From positions 22,415 through 86,414 of IMG/VR virus record IMGVR_UViG_3300037308_000440: a stretch of 64,000 nt of DNA. One strand, 5' to 3'. Position 1 is the stretch's first letter, and each line of letters begins with the position of its first letter. The notes beneath the pieces were generated by a model. The model saw only the letters and a list, made by a program, of their open reading frames with translations, did no database searches and was not told where the DNA came from. This stretch comes from a virus. Lineage: Duplodnaviria; Caudoviricetes. Shown here piece after piece: positions 1 through 8,132 of the stretch. The translations under genes were made by a program, and so were the position numbers.

Positions 1-2
1 AG

Positions 3-446
3 ATTGAACGTGCAGAAAATCTTGTTAAAATACATATGAGATCTCTTGATTCTTTATCAACTGGAAAAGCAATTCGTAGATTGCTTAAAGTTTTTGAAGA
101 ACATGATGTAAATTGGAAAGATTGGTTGAAATTAAAAATAGCTGATAAAAGAGCAAATCTAGCAAAAGAACAATATCAAAGAGAACATATCAAAAAGATT
201 TGCTTGAAGATTCATAATGCAAAGAAGTCTCCTGTAAGAGCTTTCTCTGTTAAAGATTTAAAAATTTCAGGTTATGATGTTATGGAAACTTTGAATATCA
301 AACCTGGAAATTTAGTTGGTGCTATTCTTAAAATATTATTCGATAGAGTTCTCGATGAACCTGAACTAAATGATCGTGATAGACTAATAGATATTTTAAG
401 GAGTGAAGAGTGGGTGAAACAGGCAGTAGAAATAAGGAACGCATAA
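3..446 (+). CDS. tRNA nucleotidyltransferase (CCA-adding)/poly(A) polymerase family, C-terminal part (5'-truncated)
   Basis: Frame open from window edge; C-terminal motif VKDLKISGYDVMETLNIKPGNLVGAILKILFDRVLDEPELN typical of bacterial CCA enzyme tail domain; next to tRNA cluster. Confidence 0.7.
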   Translation: MERAENLVKIHMRSLDSLSTGKAIRRLLKVFEEHDVNWKDWLKLKIADKRANLAKEQYQREHIKKICLKIHNAKKSPVRAFSVKDLKISGYDVMETLNIKPGNLVGAILKILFDRVLDEPELNDRDRLIDILRSEEWVKQAVEIRNA

Positions 447-829
447 GCTATCTTCATTTCGATGTCTACATGGATAAATTAGTCGAAATGATTAAGAATA
501 GTGAAAGGTTTCCTAATCTAAAATGTATTTATGGAATTCCTAGAGGTGGTTGGCCAATTGCAGTTCATTTAGCTCACCATTTAGAACTAGAACTAATTGA
601 ATCTTGTTCTTTAGATTCATTATTTAGAAAAATACCTTCTGAATTATTGATTGTAGATGATATTGCAGATACAGGAAAAACTTTAAAAAAATATGACTGG
701 TTTGCTTCTGCCACTTTATACTATAAACGAAGATCAGTAATCAAACCAACTTTTTATGTAAAAGAAACAGAAAACTGGATTGTATTTCCTTGGGAAAGAT
801 TAGATGAAGTTCCAAATAGACCAGAATAG
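410..829 (+). CDS. type I phosphoribosyltransferase (Gpt/Hpt-like)
   Basis: YGIPRGG, PRPP-binding LIVDDIADTGKT, terminal WIVFPWE as in xanthine/guanine PRTases. Confidence 0.85.
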   Translation: MGETGSRNKERISYLHFDVYMDKLVEMIKNSERFPNLKCIYGIPRGGWPIAVHLAHHLELELIESCSLDSLFRKIPSELLIVDDIADTGKTLKKYDWFASATLYYKRRSVIKPTFYVKETENWIVFPWERLDEVPNRPE

Positions 830-837
830 GTGAAGTC

Positions 838-1728
838 ATGGGTTCAATAGTAGATTATTTGATGAAACGGCAATTAGTAACTCCTCCACCTCATATAAAG
901 AATTCTGTTCAATATGAAGTGATGATGGGGTCAGTTGCATATGCTGATACTTCAGATATGGATGTCTACGGTTTTAGCATCCCTCCAAAAGAAATAGTTT
1001 TTCCTCATCTTGCAGGAGAAATTCAGGGATTTGGGAGACAACATAAAAGATTTGATCAATGGCAGCAACATCATATTAAAGATCCTTCAAATGATCAAAA
1101 ATATGACCTTACAATTTATAACATTGTGAAATATTTTCAGTTATGTATGGAAAACAACCCAAACATGATTGACTCATTATTTGTGCCTAGACGCTGTGTT
1201 CTACACTCCACTCAGATTGGTGAGCATGTGAGGGAGCACAGAAAAGAATTCTTACATAAAGGGTCTTGGCACAAATTCAAAGGATATGCATATAGTCAAG
1301 TCCATAAGATGACAACCAAAGATCCTGACCAAAATTCAACTAGAGTCTGGATGTATGAAAAATATGGGTATGACGTTAAGTTTGCATATCATGTGGTTCG
1401 TCTTCTAAATGAAGTAGAACAAATATTAACTGAGCACGATATTGATCTAGAAAGAAATCGTGAGCAGTTAAAGTCAATCAGACGTGGGGAATGGAAAGAA
1501 GAACAAATAGTAAAATATTTTGAAGATAAAGAAAAAGACCTAGAAACATTATATGTAAATAGTAAATTAAAACATTCTCCAGATGAACATAAGATTAAAA
1601 CAATTCTTATACAATGTCTGGAAATGTATTATGGTTCAATTGACGGAGCAATTAAAATGTCTGTTCCAATTGAAAATATTATTGATGAAGTAATTGCTAA
1701 ACTAGAGTTAATGAAAAAACAGCTATAA
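838..1728 (+). CDS. Pol-beta superfamily nucleotidyltransferase (RlaP/YcgL-like)
   Basis: GSVAY..SDMDVYGF (GS..DxD) motif; YDVKFAYHVVRLL helical C-terminal domain. Confidence 0.75.
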   Translation: MGSIVDYLMKRQLVTPPPHIKNSVQYEVMMGSVAYADTSDMDVYGFSIPPKEIVFPHLAGEIQGFGRQHKRFDQWQQHHIKDPSNDQKYDLTIYNIVKYFQLCMENNPNMIDSLFVPRRCVLHSTQIGEHVREHRKEFLHKGSWHKFKGYAYSQVHKMTTKDPDQNSTRVWMYEKYGYDVKFAYHVVRLLNEVEQILTEHDIDLERNREQLKSIRRGEWKEEQIVKYFEDKEKDLETLYVNSKLKHSPDEHKIKTILIQCLEMYYGSIDGAIKMSVPIENIIDEVIAKLELMKKQL

Positions 1729-1731
1729 CGT

Positions 1732-1807
1732 GGAACTGTAGCTCAGCAGGTAGAGCGCCGGTCTGAAGAGCCGGGCGTCAGAGGTTCAATTCCTCTCGGT
1801 TCCACCA
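1732..1807 (+). tRNA. trnF: tRNA-Phe(GAA)
   Basis: GGAACTG/CGGTTCC acceptor stem, anticodon arm CCGGT-CTGAAGA-GCCGG, T-loop GGTTCAATTCC, encoded CCA. Confidence 0.95.
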
Positions 1808-1816
1808 TTTTAAAAA

Positions 1817-2224
1817 ATGAAAAGAAGAAAACTAACAAGAGAAAAACCAAACAGAATGATACCACATGAAGAAAAGACAAAAATATGGACCAGATTTTTA
1901 GAATTTATTGATAGTATTGAAGTAGGAAAAAAATTTGCTAGAAAAAATCTACTATATAGTATTTATGGTATAAATGAAAAAGCTTTTGTATTCAAACAAA
2001 AAAGTGTAACTACTGTAGACAATTATAGAGCTATATTAACAAAATGTGGTATTCTTGAAGTAACAGAAAATTCAAGAGGTGTTTATAAAAAAGTTATGAA
2101 TGTTCCAAAAAACTTATCTTATTCAGTTGCAGTTAAAATGGCTTATGATTCTTCTTGGAAACAATGGTTCATGACTTTTGAGGACAAAGTGAAACATTAT
2201 GGTGGACGTGGTGAAGAGGCTTAA
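1817..2224 (+). CDS. hypothetical protein (paralog of 2293..2610); 3' end overlaps tRNA-His
   Basis: 135-aa ORF; C-terminal NVPKNLSYSVAVKMAYDSSWKQWF resembles NIPPQLKWKEAKQIARNPWMLWF of the next ORF. Confidence 0.75.
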   Translation: MKRRKLTREKPNRMIPHEEKTKIWTRFLEFIDSIEVGKKFARKNLLYSIYGINEKAFVFKQKSVTTVDNYRAILTKCGILEVTENSRGVYKKVMNVPKNLSYSVAVKMAYDSSWKQWFMTFEDKVKHYGGRGEEA

Positions 2225-2278
2225 CACGCTGGATTGTGGCTCCAGTATTCGCGGGTTCGAATCCCGTCGTTCACCCCA
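2201..2278 (+). tRNA. trnH: tRNA-His(GTG)
   Basis: G-1:C73 8-bp acceptor GGTGGACG/CGTTCACC, anticodon arm CTGGA-TTGTGGC-TCCAG, T-loop GGTTCGAATCC, CCA. Confidence 0.95.
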
Positions 2279-2292
2279 CTAATGGTGTAGAA

Positions 2293-2610
2293 ATGCAAAA
2301 CTGGTGGGTGACTGTAAATCATATTAATTCTAATATGAGAATAGGCGAAACCAAATCTATTGGTGCTATATTGATATGGTATCCCAGAAAAAAAAGAGAA
2401 GCAATTAGAAAAGCATTACTTCTATTAGCAAAAGCTAAATTTTTAAAACTTAAAAGTTATCCATATGGTTCATGCGAGGTTGAAAAACTTAGAAATATTC
2501 CACCACAACTTAAATGGAAAGAAGCAAAACAAATTGCCAGAAATCCTTGGATGTTATGGTTTAAATTTCCAGAGGATACATTAAAGGAGCAAACAAATGA
2601 AAAAAGTTAA
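2293..2610 (+). CDS. hypothetical protein (paralog of 1817..2224)
   Basis: Track start 2236 lies inside tRNA-His; first ATG after the tRNA is 2293. Confidence 0.7.
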   Translation: MQNWWVTVNHINSNMRIGETKSIGAILIWYPRKKREAIRKALLLLAKAKFLKLKSYPYGSCEVEKLRNIPPQLKWKEAKQIARNPWMLWFKFPEDTLKEQTNEKS

Positions 2611-2773
2611 AATTTTGTTATGTCTTTTAATCATATTACCATTTATTATGTCAGCAAGTCCTCCACCAAAAAAATATCCTGCACAAACAGGGGTTTATAA
2701 AGTTGAAAAACATAAATCATCATCTGCTCATGGGCATAGAGGATGCTTTATAGACTCATCACAAGGAGATTAA
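2597..2773 (+). CDS. small secreted/membrane peptide (58 aa; not in ORF track)
   Basis: AAGGAG RBS; MKKVKILLCLLIILPFIMSA signal-like N-terminus; fills the gap and abuts the next ORF. Confidence 0.6.
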   Translation: MKKVKILLCLLIILPFIMSASPPPKKYPAQTGVYKVEKHKSSSAHGHRGCFIDSSQGD

Positions 2774-2968
2774 ATGCCAATATACGAGTTTCAGTGTGAA
2801 ATGTGTGGTAAAAAATTTGAAAGGATTAGTAAAGATAAAACCTTACAAGCTATACATTGTCCTGAATGTGAAAAAGATGGAAAAGATAATTTAGCATTTA
2901 AGATAATATCAAGAACAAATTTCAAGGTGAATGGATTTAATGCAGACAACGGATACTCAAAAAGTTAG
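2774..2968 (+). CDS. FmdB-family zinc-ribbon protein
   Basis: MPIYEFQCEMCGKKFE...CPECE hallmark. Confidence 0.9.
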   Translation: MPIYEFQCEMCGKKFERISKDKTLQAIHCPECEKDGKDNLAFKIISRTNFKVNGFNADNGYSKS

Positions 2969-2978
2969 GAAAAATGAT

Positions 2979-3713
2979 ATGGCTGAAGATAATGGCCACG
3001 AGGATAAAAACATTTTAAAACAGTTATTAGATCCATCATATCCCTTAGCTCAAAGGTTTAAAGAAGTGTGCCCTGGCACATATAAACACTCTCAAAGTCT
3101 AGTAACGATGATTGAGGGTGTTAGTTTAGCTCTTAACCTTGATGTTGACTTCATGAAAGTTGCAGCTTTATATCATGATGTTGGTAAGATGTTTAATCCA
3201 ACATATTTTACAGAAAATCAGCTAGATGATGAAAATCCTCATGATAAGTTGGACCCAAAAATAAGTTATCAAATTATAACAAGACACGTTTCAGATACAT
3301 CTTTAATATTATTGAATGATCCATTATTTCCAAGAGAAATTATTGAAATTGCTACACAACATCATGGAACAACAATAACAAAATATTTCTTTGATAAAGC
3401 TGGTTCAAAAAATGAAGATTCTTTCCGATATAGGGGAAGCAAACCAAAAACAGTTGAAGCAATGATCTTATTAATATGTGATCATTTAGAAGCAAGAACA
3501 AGATCTGACGTTCAAGCTGGAAAGAAAATATCACCTAGTGATTTAATTGAGGAAATTATCAAGCATCAATTAAGCGATGGACAGCTTGATGATGTAGTTA
3601 TGCGCTTAGGTGATCTTCAAAAGATTAAGACGGCACTCTCAAGAGAATTAGAGGGAATCTATCAAAAGCGTGTTGATTATTCCAAAGCAAAAGAAGAACA
3701 AAATACAAAATAG
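2979..3713 (+). CDS. stand-alone HD(IG) phosphohydrolase, PgpH/7TM-HD catalytic-domain-like
   Basis: HSQ..ALYHDVGK..PTYFTENQ..NPHD..IITRHV..IATQHHGTT..FRYRGSKP..LICDHLEA matches PgpH-type HD domains; no TM region. Confidence 0.85.
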   Translation: MAEDNGHEDKNILKQLLDPSYPLAQRFKEVCPGTYKHSQSLVTMIEGVSLALNLDVDFMKVAALYHDVGKMFNPTYFTENQLDDENPHDKLDPKISYQIITRHVSDTSLILLNDPLFPREIIEIATQHHGTTITKYFFDKAGSKNEDSFRYRGSKPKTVEAMILLICDHLEARTRSDVQAGKKISPSDLIEEIIKHQLSDGQLDDVVMRLGDLQKIKTALSRELEGIYQKRVDYSKAKEEQNTK

Positions 3714-3797
3714 GGCTTCGAGCCCCAGTGTCGAAACGGAATCTTGGAGCAAGCTCATACTTGAGCACAAAATGCTTTTCAATCCCGTTTCGACACT
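3713..3797 (+). ncRNA. candidate structured ncRNA in the tRNA array
   Basis: 13-bp perfect stem AGTGTCGAAACGG(3727-39)/CCGTTTCGACACT(3785-97) enclosing GCTCA-TACT-TGAGC; upstream hairpin GGGCT-TCG-AGCCC. Confidence 0.4.
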
Positions 3798-3811
3798 TTC
3801 ACCGTGAAAAA

Positions 3812-3982
3812 ATGACTCCATTTAGTGATCCCTGTAAAAAATGTTTAGTAAAACCATGCTGTAGATATTGGTGCATTCCAAAACAAAAATATGATAATAG
3901 TAAACCTGATTTAGGATTAGCAATAACATTAATAATTCCTACTGTATTTCTAATAACTATATTAATAGGAAAAAATATTTAA
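3812..3982 (+). CDS. small Cys-rich membrane protein (PCxxCLVxxxC family)
   Basis: DPCKKCLVKPCCRYWC plus C-terminal TM helix; track start 3728 lies in the hairpin. Confidence 0.65.
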   Translation: MTPFSDPCKKCLVKPCCRYWCIPKQKYDNSKPDLGLAITLIIPTVFLITILIGKNI

Positions 3983-3983
3983 C

Positions 3984-4057
3984 GGCGGCATACCCAAGAG
4001 GCTAGGGAGCGGTCTGCAAAATCGCCAACGTGGGTTCGAATCCCTCTGCCGCCTCCA
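3984..4057 (+). tRNA. trnC: tRNA-Cys(GCA)
   Basis: GGCGGCA/TGCCGCC acceptor, U73, anticodon arm GCGGT-CTGCAAA-ATCGC, GGTTCGAATCC, CCA. Confidence 0.93.
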
Positions 4058-4079
4058 ATTTTAGATTAAGGGAGGGAAA

Positions 4080-4289
4080 TTGCTTGTCAATCTGTGTCGA
4101 TCAGATCATCTGAGTTCGCACTGCAATGGAAAAATGGCAAGCGAAAGAAAGAAATGTCATTGGTTTGAAGCTAAATCCAAAAACCCAGATGAATGTATGC
4201 ATTATAGAAATGATATTAATGGAATGTGTGATTGTTTAGAAGCTCAAACTAAAGAGTTACCAAATGAAGATGAAAACCTTTTTAACTAA
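4080..4289 (+). CDS. small Cys/His-rich hypothetical protein
   Basis: GGGAGG RBS, TTG start, 6 Cys in 69 aa. Confidence 0.65.
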   Translation: MLVNLCRSDHLSSHCNGKMASERKKCHWFEAKSKNPDECMHYRNDINGMCDCLEAQTKELPNEDENLFN

Positions 4290-4290
4290 T

Positions 4291-4365
4291 AGGGTCGTAA
4301 CTCAGTGGTAGAGTAACTGACTTTTAATCAGTAAGTCGAGGGTTCGAACCCCTCCGGCCCTACCA
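4291..4365 (+). tRNA. trnK: tRNA-Lys(TTT)
   Basis: AGGGTCG/CGGCCCT acceptor, anticodon arm ACTGA-CTTTTAA-TCAGT, GGTTCGAACCC, CCA. Confidence 0.95.
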
Positions 4366-4385
4366 TCTTTTAAGGAAACTAATCT

Positions 4386-4598
4386 ATGAAAAAAGAACAT
4401 AATACAAACTTTAATGGGATGAGTATTATATTAGCTACATTAGGACAGGTTGATGAATTAGGAATTCCTGTTCCATTATTTCCTGAACCACCTCATGTGA
4501 AAGCAAGTGATATTTGGCCAGACTATATGATAGATTGGATAAGAAAAGAAGAGGAAAATGGAAGAAATAAAAATAGACAGAACTCCAAAATTAGGTGA
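4386..4598 (+). CDS. hypothetical protein
   Basis: AAGGA RBS, 70-aa ORF coupled to the next gene. Confidence 0.6.
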   Translation: MKKEHNTNFNGMSIILATLGQVDELGIPVPLFPEPPHVKASDIWPDYMIDWIRKEEENGRNKNRQNSKIR

Positions 4599-5325
4599 TC
4601 ATATAAAAGTTATTAATCCGGGATGTTTATATGCATCATATAAAGACGCTGCATATACCATGGGATTGAAAAATTGGAAAGAAGGCTATTCCATGGTAAA
4701 GACAGATCAACTATATTTAATAATAAATGACTACATACATTCTGGTGAACATCGTCGGATTCTTGGAATCACTGACGGTATTCGGGATTTTATAATCAGA
4801 GAGGATGGTGTAGAAGTTGTAGATGACGAAAGTAGATCTATTTTTGTTAAAACAGATATGAAAAAATCTATTCAGAAACCAGTTATTATTTTTGATGTAG
4901 AAAATCTAGATCTCGTTGAGATCAATCCAGACGAAAGTGAGAACAGTAGTATGACAGAAAATTTGCAGGAAATGGTTGAAGGAACAGAAGGGCAACAGGT
5001 CGCAGAGGGTGACCAACAACAAGCTGTGGAACAAGTCGCAGCTGAAGCAAATCAGCTTGTCGCCGATGCAATTCAAGCTGAAACTATTGCTTTCTGTGAG
5101 TCATTAAGCAGCGATGTTAAAGCTGTGACTCACGGAAACAACACTTCTATTAAGTTCAAGAACAAAAATTTTGTTTATTTAACCAGAAACAAGAAGAAGA
5201 ATCCTCCTCTCAAAGTGCAGGTCAAACAAGGAAAAGAATGGCCGGTTATCACTTTGGATGCTCAAGCTGGTTTTGATGGTTTGAAGCAGATTATTCAGGA
5301 TTCATTCAACTCTATTCAATCTTGA
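4558..5325 (+). CDS. hypothetical protein, possibly composite (AT-rich N-half, GC-richer acidic C-half)
   Basis: 255-aa ORF with GAGG RBS; codon style shifts near 4950. Confidence 0.75.
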   Translation: MEEIKIDRTPKLGDHIKVINPGCLYASYKDAAYTMGLKNWKEGYSMVKTDQLYLIINDYIHSGEHRRILGITDGIRDFIIREDGVEVVDDESRSIFVKTDMKKSIQKPVIIFDVENLDLVEINPDESENSSMTENLQEMVEGTEGQQVAEGDQQQAVEQVAAEANQLVADAIQAETIAFCESLSSDVKAVTHGNNTSIKFKNKNFVYLTRNKKKNPPLKVQVKQGKEWPVITLDAQAGFDGLKQIIQDSFNSIQS

Positions 5326-5337
5326 GAGAGGTTATTA

Positions 5338-5547
5338 ATGTTTAAAGAAATACAAAAATTGATATTGGAGAAATATAATAAAAAAGTAACAAAAAGAACT
5401 AAACTCAAAGAACTTGAAATTGATTCATTGGATTCCATGGAACTTCTTATGGAAATGGAAACAGTTCTAGATATTAACATTCCTGAAAATGTATTAAGAC
5501 AAGATATTACATTTGGTGAAATATTGAATCTCAGAAAGCCAAACTAA
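5338..5547 (+). CDS. acyl carrier protein
   Basis: LKELEIDSLDSMELLMEMETVLDINIP with the phosphopantetheine-attachment DSL serine; 69 aa. Confidence 0.85.
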   Translation: MFKEIQKLILEKYNKKVTKRTKLKELEIDSLDSMELLMEMETVLDINIPENVLRQDITFGEILNLRKPN

Positions 5548-5582
5548 ATTCTAACTCTAAATCGTGAAAGGAAATACTGTAC

Positions 5583-6107
5583 ATGAAAAACAAAGCTTTA
5601 CTTTTTATCGTTCTTATTTTTGCTCTCGTTTCCTTCTCGGGTTGCGCCTCAATGGAGAAGGCCATGACCAAACCTGCTATTGCCGGCAGCGACGTCATTG
5701 CTACTGCTCCTTGTTATGAAGCTGCTCCAGTCGCTAAGGCTGCTCCTGCTCCTGCTCCCGCTGTCGCAAAACCAGTCCTGAAGGAGACCATCATTTATTT
5801 CGATTTCGACAAATACGCTCTGAAGGATATGAAGCCTGCTGAAGTCGCCAAAATGAAAGACCTGGTTGCTTTCTTGAAGGCCAATCCTGGAGTGGAAGTT
5901 CGCCTCAATGGGCATACCGATTGGCACGGCTCCGATGCTTACAATTTGAAACTCGGTGAGCGCAGAGCCAACACGGTCAAGGCCTATTTGGTCGACAATG
6001 GCATCGACGCCAAGAAGATTTCGACTCTTTCCAAGGGCGAATCTGAATTGGTTTCAAAAACCGACGCCAAACTCGACAGACGCGTGGTTGTGATCCAGAT
6101 CAAGTAG
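5583..6107 (+). CDS. OmpA/Pal-family peptidoglycan-binding lipoprotein
   Basis: Lipobox FSGC, PAPAPAP linker, IYFDFDK..GHTDWHGSDAYNLKLGERRANTVKAYL..DRRV. Confidence 0.92.
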   Translation: MKNKALLFIVLIFALVSFSGCASMEKAMTKPAIAGSDVIATAPCYEAAPVAKAAPAPAPAVAKPVLKETIIYFDFDKYALKDMKPAEVAKMKDLVAFLKANPGVEVRLNGHTDWHGSDAYNLKLGERRANTVKAYLVDNGIDAKKISTLSKGESELVSKTDAKLDRRVVVIQIK

Positions 6108-6137
6108 TTCACTCTCGGAATGGCTTTCTGAGGTGTG

Positions 6138-6174
6138 AATGGGAAGGAGTCATTAGATTCCTTCCCATTTTTTT
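6138..6174 (+). terminator. Rho-independent terminator
   Basis: AATGGGAAGGA/TCCTTCCCATT 11-bp stem plus T-run after the ompA-like gene. Confidence 0.85.
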
Positions 6175-6228
6175 AGTTCAAAACTAGTTTTTTATTAACT
6201 ATATTATCTATATATTAACCTATATTCA

Positions 6229-6243
6229 TTCAGAACAAAATAA
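6229..6243 (+). promoter_or_regulatory. phage motif A (TTAGAACAAAATA-like), putative promoter
   Basis: TTCAGAACAAAATAA upstream of 6290; one of 11 intergenic copies. Confidence 0.5.
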
Positions 6244-6289
6244 TGAACTGACAATAAGTCAGTAATATTTAATAGAGCAAGGAGGTATA

Positions 6290-6634
6290 ATGAGGATTGT
6301 ATTAAAATTTAAACCATCTGAAGCAGTAGATGTAGTAAGTTACAAACTTTATGCATCACCATCAGAAAATGAAGAAATGCTAGATAAAGAAACAGCAGAA
6401 TTTAATGTAAATTTAGGGAAACCAGAAGTAGATTCAGAAGGTTTCATGAATGTTGCTTTGAATGATATTCCAGAAGTTAATGATTTTGAAGGAGAATATG
6501 ATTTTGGTATTACAGCAATTGACGAAGCAGGAAATGAATCTCCATTGTTAGCAGAAGGATTTCAAAATGTAAACGTGGATTTTATTGCTCCGGACCCTCC
6601 TACTGCTGGATCAGTTTTGTATTTAAACGACTGA
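6290..6634 (+). CDS. small Ig/fibronectin-III-like beta-sandwich protein
   Basis: VVSYKLY..YDFGITAIDEAGNESP..APDPP pattern typical of FN3-like domains; AAGGAGG RBS. Confidence 0.6.
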   Translation: MRIVLKFKPSEAVDVVSYKLYASPSENEEMLDKETAEFNVNLGKPEVDSEGFMNVALNDIPEVNDFEGEYDFGITAIDEAGNESPLLAEGFQNVNVDFIAPDPPTAGSVLYLND

Positions 6635-6689
6635 TCCAGAATATAATTTTAGCAGTAAAAGAAATTTTTAGATTTATTTTTTATTAAGA

Positions 6690-6721
6690 AAATGGGTGGA
6701 ATGTAAAAGTTCCACCCATTT
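6690..6721 (+). terminator. Rho-independent terminator
   Basis: AAATGGGTGGAA/TTCCACCCATTT 12-bp stem. Confidence 0.75.
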
Positions 6722-6736
6722 CCTTTTGGAGGGTTT

Positions 6737-6832
6737 ATGCTTCAAATATTTTTTTCAACTTTATTATCTGAGATGTTAGTAGAAATAATACGCATATTAA
6801 TCAAAAAAGGAAAAGAAAGACAAATAAATTAA
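6737..6832 (+). CDS. 31-aa micro-ORF
   Basis: GGAGG RBS, MLQIFFSTLLSEMLVEIIRILIKKGKERQIN. Confidence 0.4.
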   Translation: MLQIFFSTLLSEMLVEIIRILIKKGKERQIN

Positions 6833-6841
6833 TTAAAATTT

Positions 6842-7522
6842 ATGAAGCCTATTCTTTTCTTATCTGATATTCATCTAGGAAGTAATCTTTTTGATTTAGA
6901 AGAAGGATTAATAGAACTATTAAAAAACAATTACGAAAAAATATATATTTTAGGAGATTTGATTGACACTTGGGAATGTGATATAGAAACTATTATCGAA
7001 AAGTATGAAAGGATTATAAATTTTATAAGAAGTAAAAAAAGAATTGAAATAATATGCGGGAATCATGACCCAGAATATGAAATAATGAAAAAAATATTTC
7101 CTAATAATAAAATTTATGAAAAAGAACACACAGTTAAATTAAATGGATATAAGATAGCTTTAATCCATGGAGACAAATATGATTCCTTACTTGCTCCTTA
7201 TTTATTTTTTTTAAATACTATTCTAAAACACTTATATTACTTTACTGATAAAAAACTACAAAAAAATTTAAAAAATTATATAAGAAATTTTTATTATAAT
7301 GCAAAATACCATCACTATACTTACAACATTATATCTAATATTGAAAGACATACAGTAAATCATTACAGAGAAAGTAACTATGACTGTTTAATAATGGGGC
7401 ATACACATATGCCAAAAATTGTGAATACCCCATTTTTCAAATATATTAATTCTGGAAGTATTATTTATAAACCTTGCTTTGTTGAATATTATAATGGTAA
7501 CTTTATTTTAGTTAGAATATAA
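6842..7522 (+). CDS. calcineurin-like metallophosphoesterase (LpxH/YbbF-like)
   Basis: SDIHLGS, GDLID, GNHD, HGD, GHTH, NSGS motifs. Confidence 0.9.
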   Translation: MKPILFLSDIHLGSNLFDLEEGLIELLKNNYEKIYILGDLIDTWECDIETIIEKYERIINFIRSKKRIEIICGNHDPEYEIMKKIFPNNKIYEKEHTVKLNGYKIALIHGDKYDSLLAPYLFFLNTILKHLYYFTDKKLQKNLKNYIRNFYYNAKYHHYTYNIISNIERHTVNHYRESNYDCLIMGHTHMPKIVNTPFFKYINSGSIIYKPCFVEYYNGNFILVRI

Positions 7523-7685
7523 AGATTAATGCAAGAACAACTACTACAATAACAACTCCTGTAACAATAACTGCTTTCTTATTTTTTTGAAAAAATGGAA
7601 CTGCATCTTTAGCAGCTTTTTCATAATCATCTTTTAGCTGTTGTGCTTCTTTCTCTACTTTTGCTTTGATTTGTTCTTTATCCAT
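7512..7685 (-). CDS. small C-terminally anchored membrane protein (57 aa; not in track)
   Basis: MDKEQIKAKVEKEAQQLKDD..KKAVIVTGVVIVVVVLALIFIF; start abuts the upstream stop. Confidence 0.65.
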   Translation of the reverse strand: MDKEQIKAKVEKEAQQLKDDYEKAAKDAVPFFQKNKKAVIVTGVVIVVVVLALIFIF

Positions 7686-8132
7686 TTATTCTTCTCCTCT
7701 TCGTTTATTTATTTCAGTACTTGAATACGTTTTGATATATCCGCCAACTCCAAACATCATTTTAATGCCATACTTCAAACAAATATCACGCTCAGGAATA
7801 TCGTGTTCTGTTTTTCTGTCACCTCCGTTTGCAAAGATAAGATTACAGTCTTTATATTCCTCTCCAAGTTTCTCTATAGTTAAACAACACGATGGATCTT
7901 CATCAACTGCAAACACTACCTTATCTACATATTTGATTGCCCCAACAACAGAATATCGTTCAATTTCTCCCATTATAATTTTACCTTTTTTCAATAACTG
8001 TTGTTTGTCATTATTTATAATTACAATAAGTTCATCCCCTAATTTTTTTGCTTCGTATAAATGATTAACATGCCCTGCATGAACTGGATTAAAATGGCCG
8101 CTAACAATCACTACAGTTTTTTTAGTATTCAT
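7686..8132 (-). CDS. cytidylyl/adenylyltransferase (RfaE-II/TagD-like)
   Basis: VSGHFNPVHAGH HIGH-type motif, FANGGDR. Confidence 0.9.
   Translation of the reverse strand: MNTKKTVVIVSGHFNPVHAGHVNHLYEAKKLGDELIVIINNDKQQLLKKGKIIMGEIERYSVVGAIKYVDKVVFAVDEDPSCCLTIEKLGEEYKDCNLIFANGGDRKTEHDIPERDICLKYGIKMMFGVGGYIKTYSSTEINKRRGEE

Noticed and set aside
2236-2292. Track start of ORF 2236..2610
   Set aside because: Lies inside tRNA-His; ATG at 2293 preferred
3728-3811. Track start of ORF 3728..3982, and reading the hairpin as tRNA-Sec (TTTCAAT loop)
   Set aside because: The N-terminal extension runs through the stem; the putative UCA loop has no valid anticodon stem, and there is no cloverleaf or CCA
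5323-5340. TGA of 4558..5325 is in frame with the ACP gene (possible readthrough fusion)
   Set aside because: ACP has its own GAGAGG RBS, there is no downstream hairpin, and an in-frame arrangement is expected one time in three
5649-5927. Minus-strand ORF within the ompA-like gene
   Set aside because: Antisense shadow of a well-supported gene
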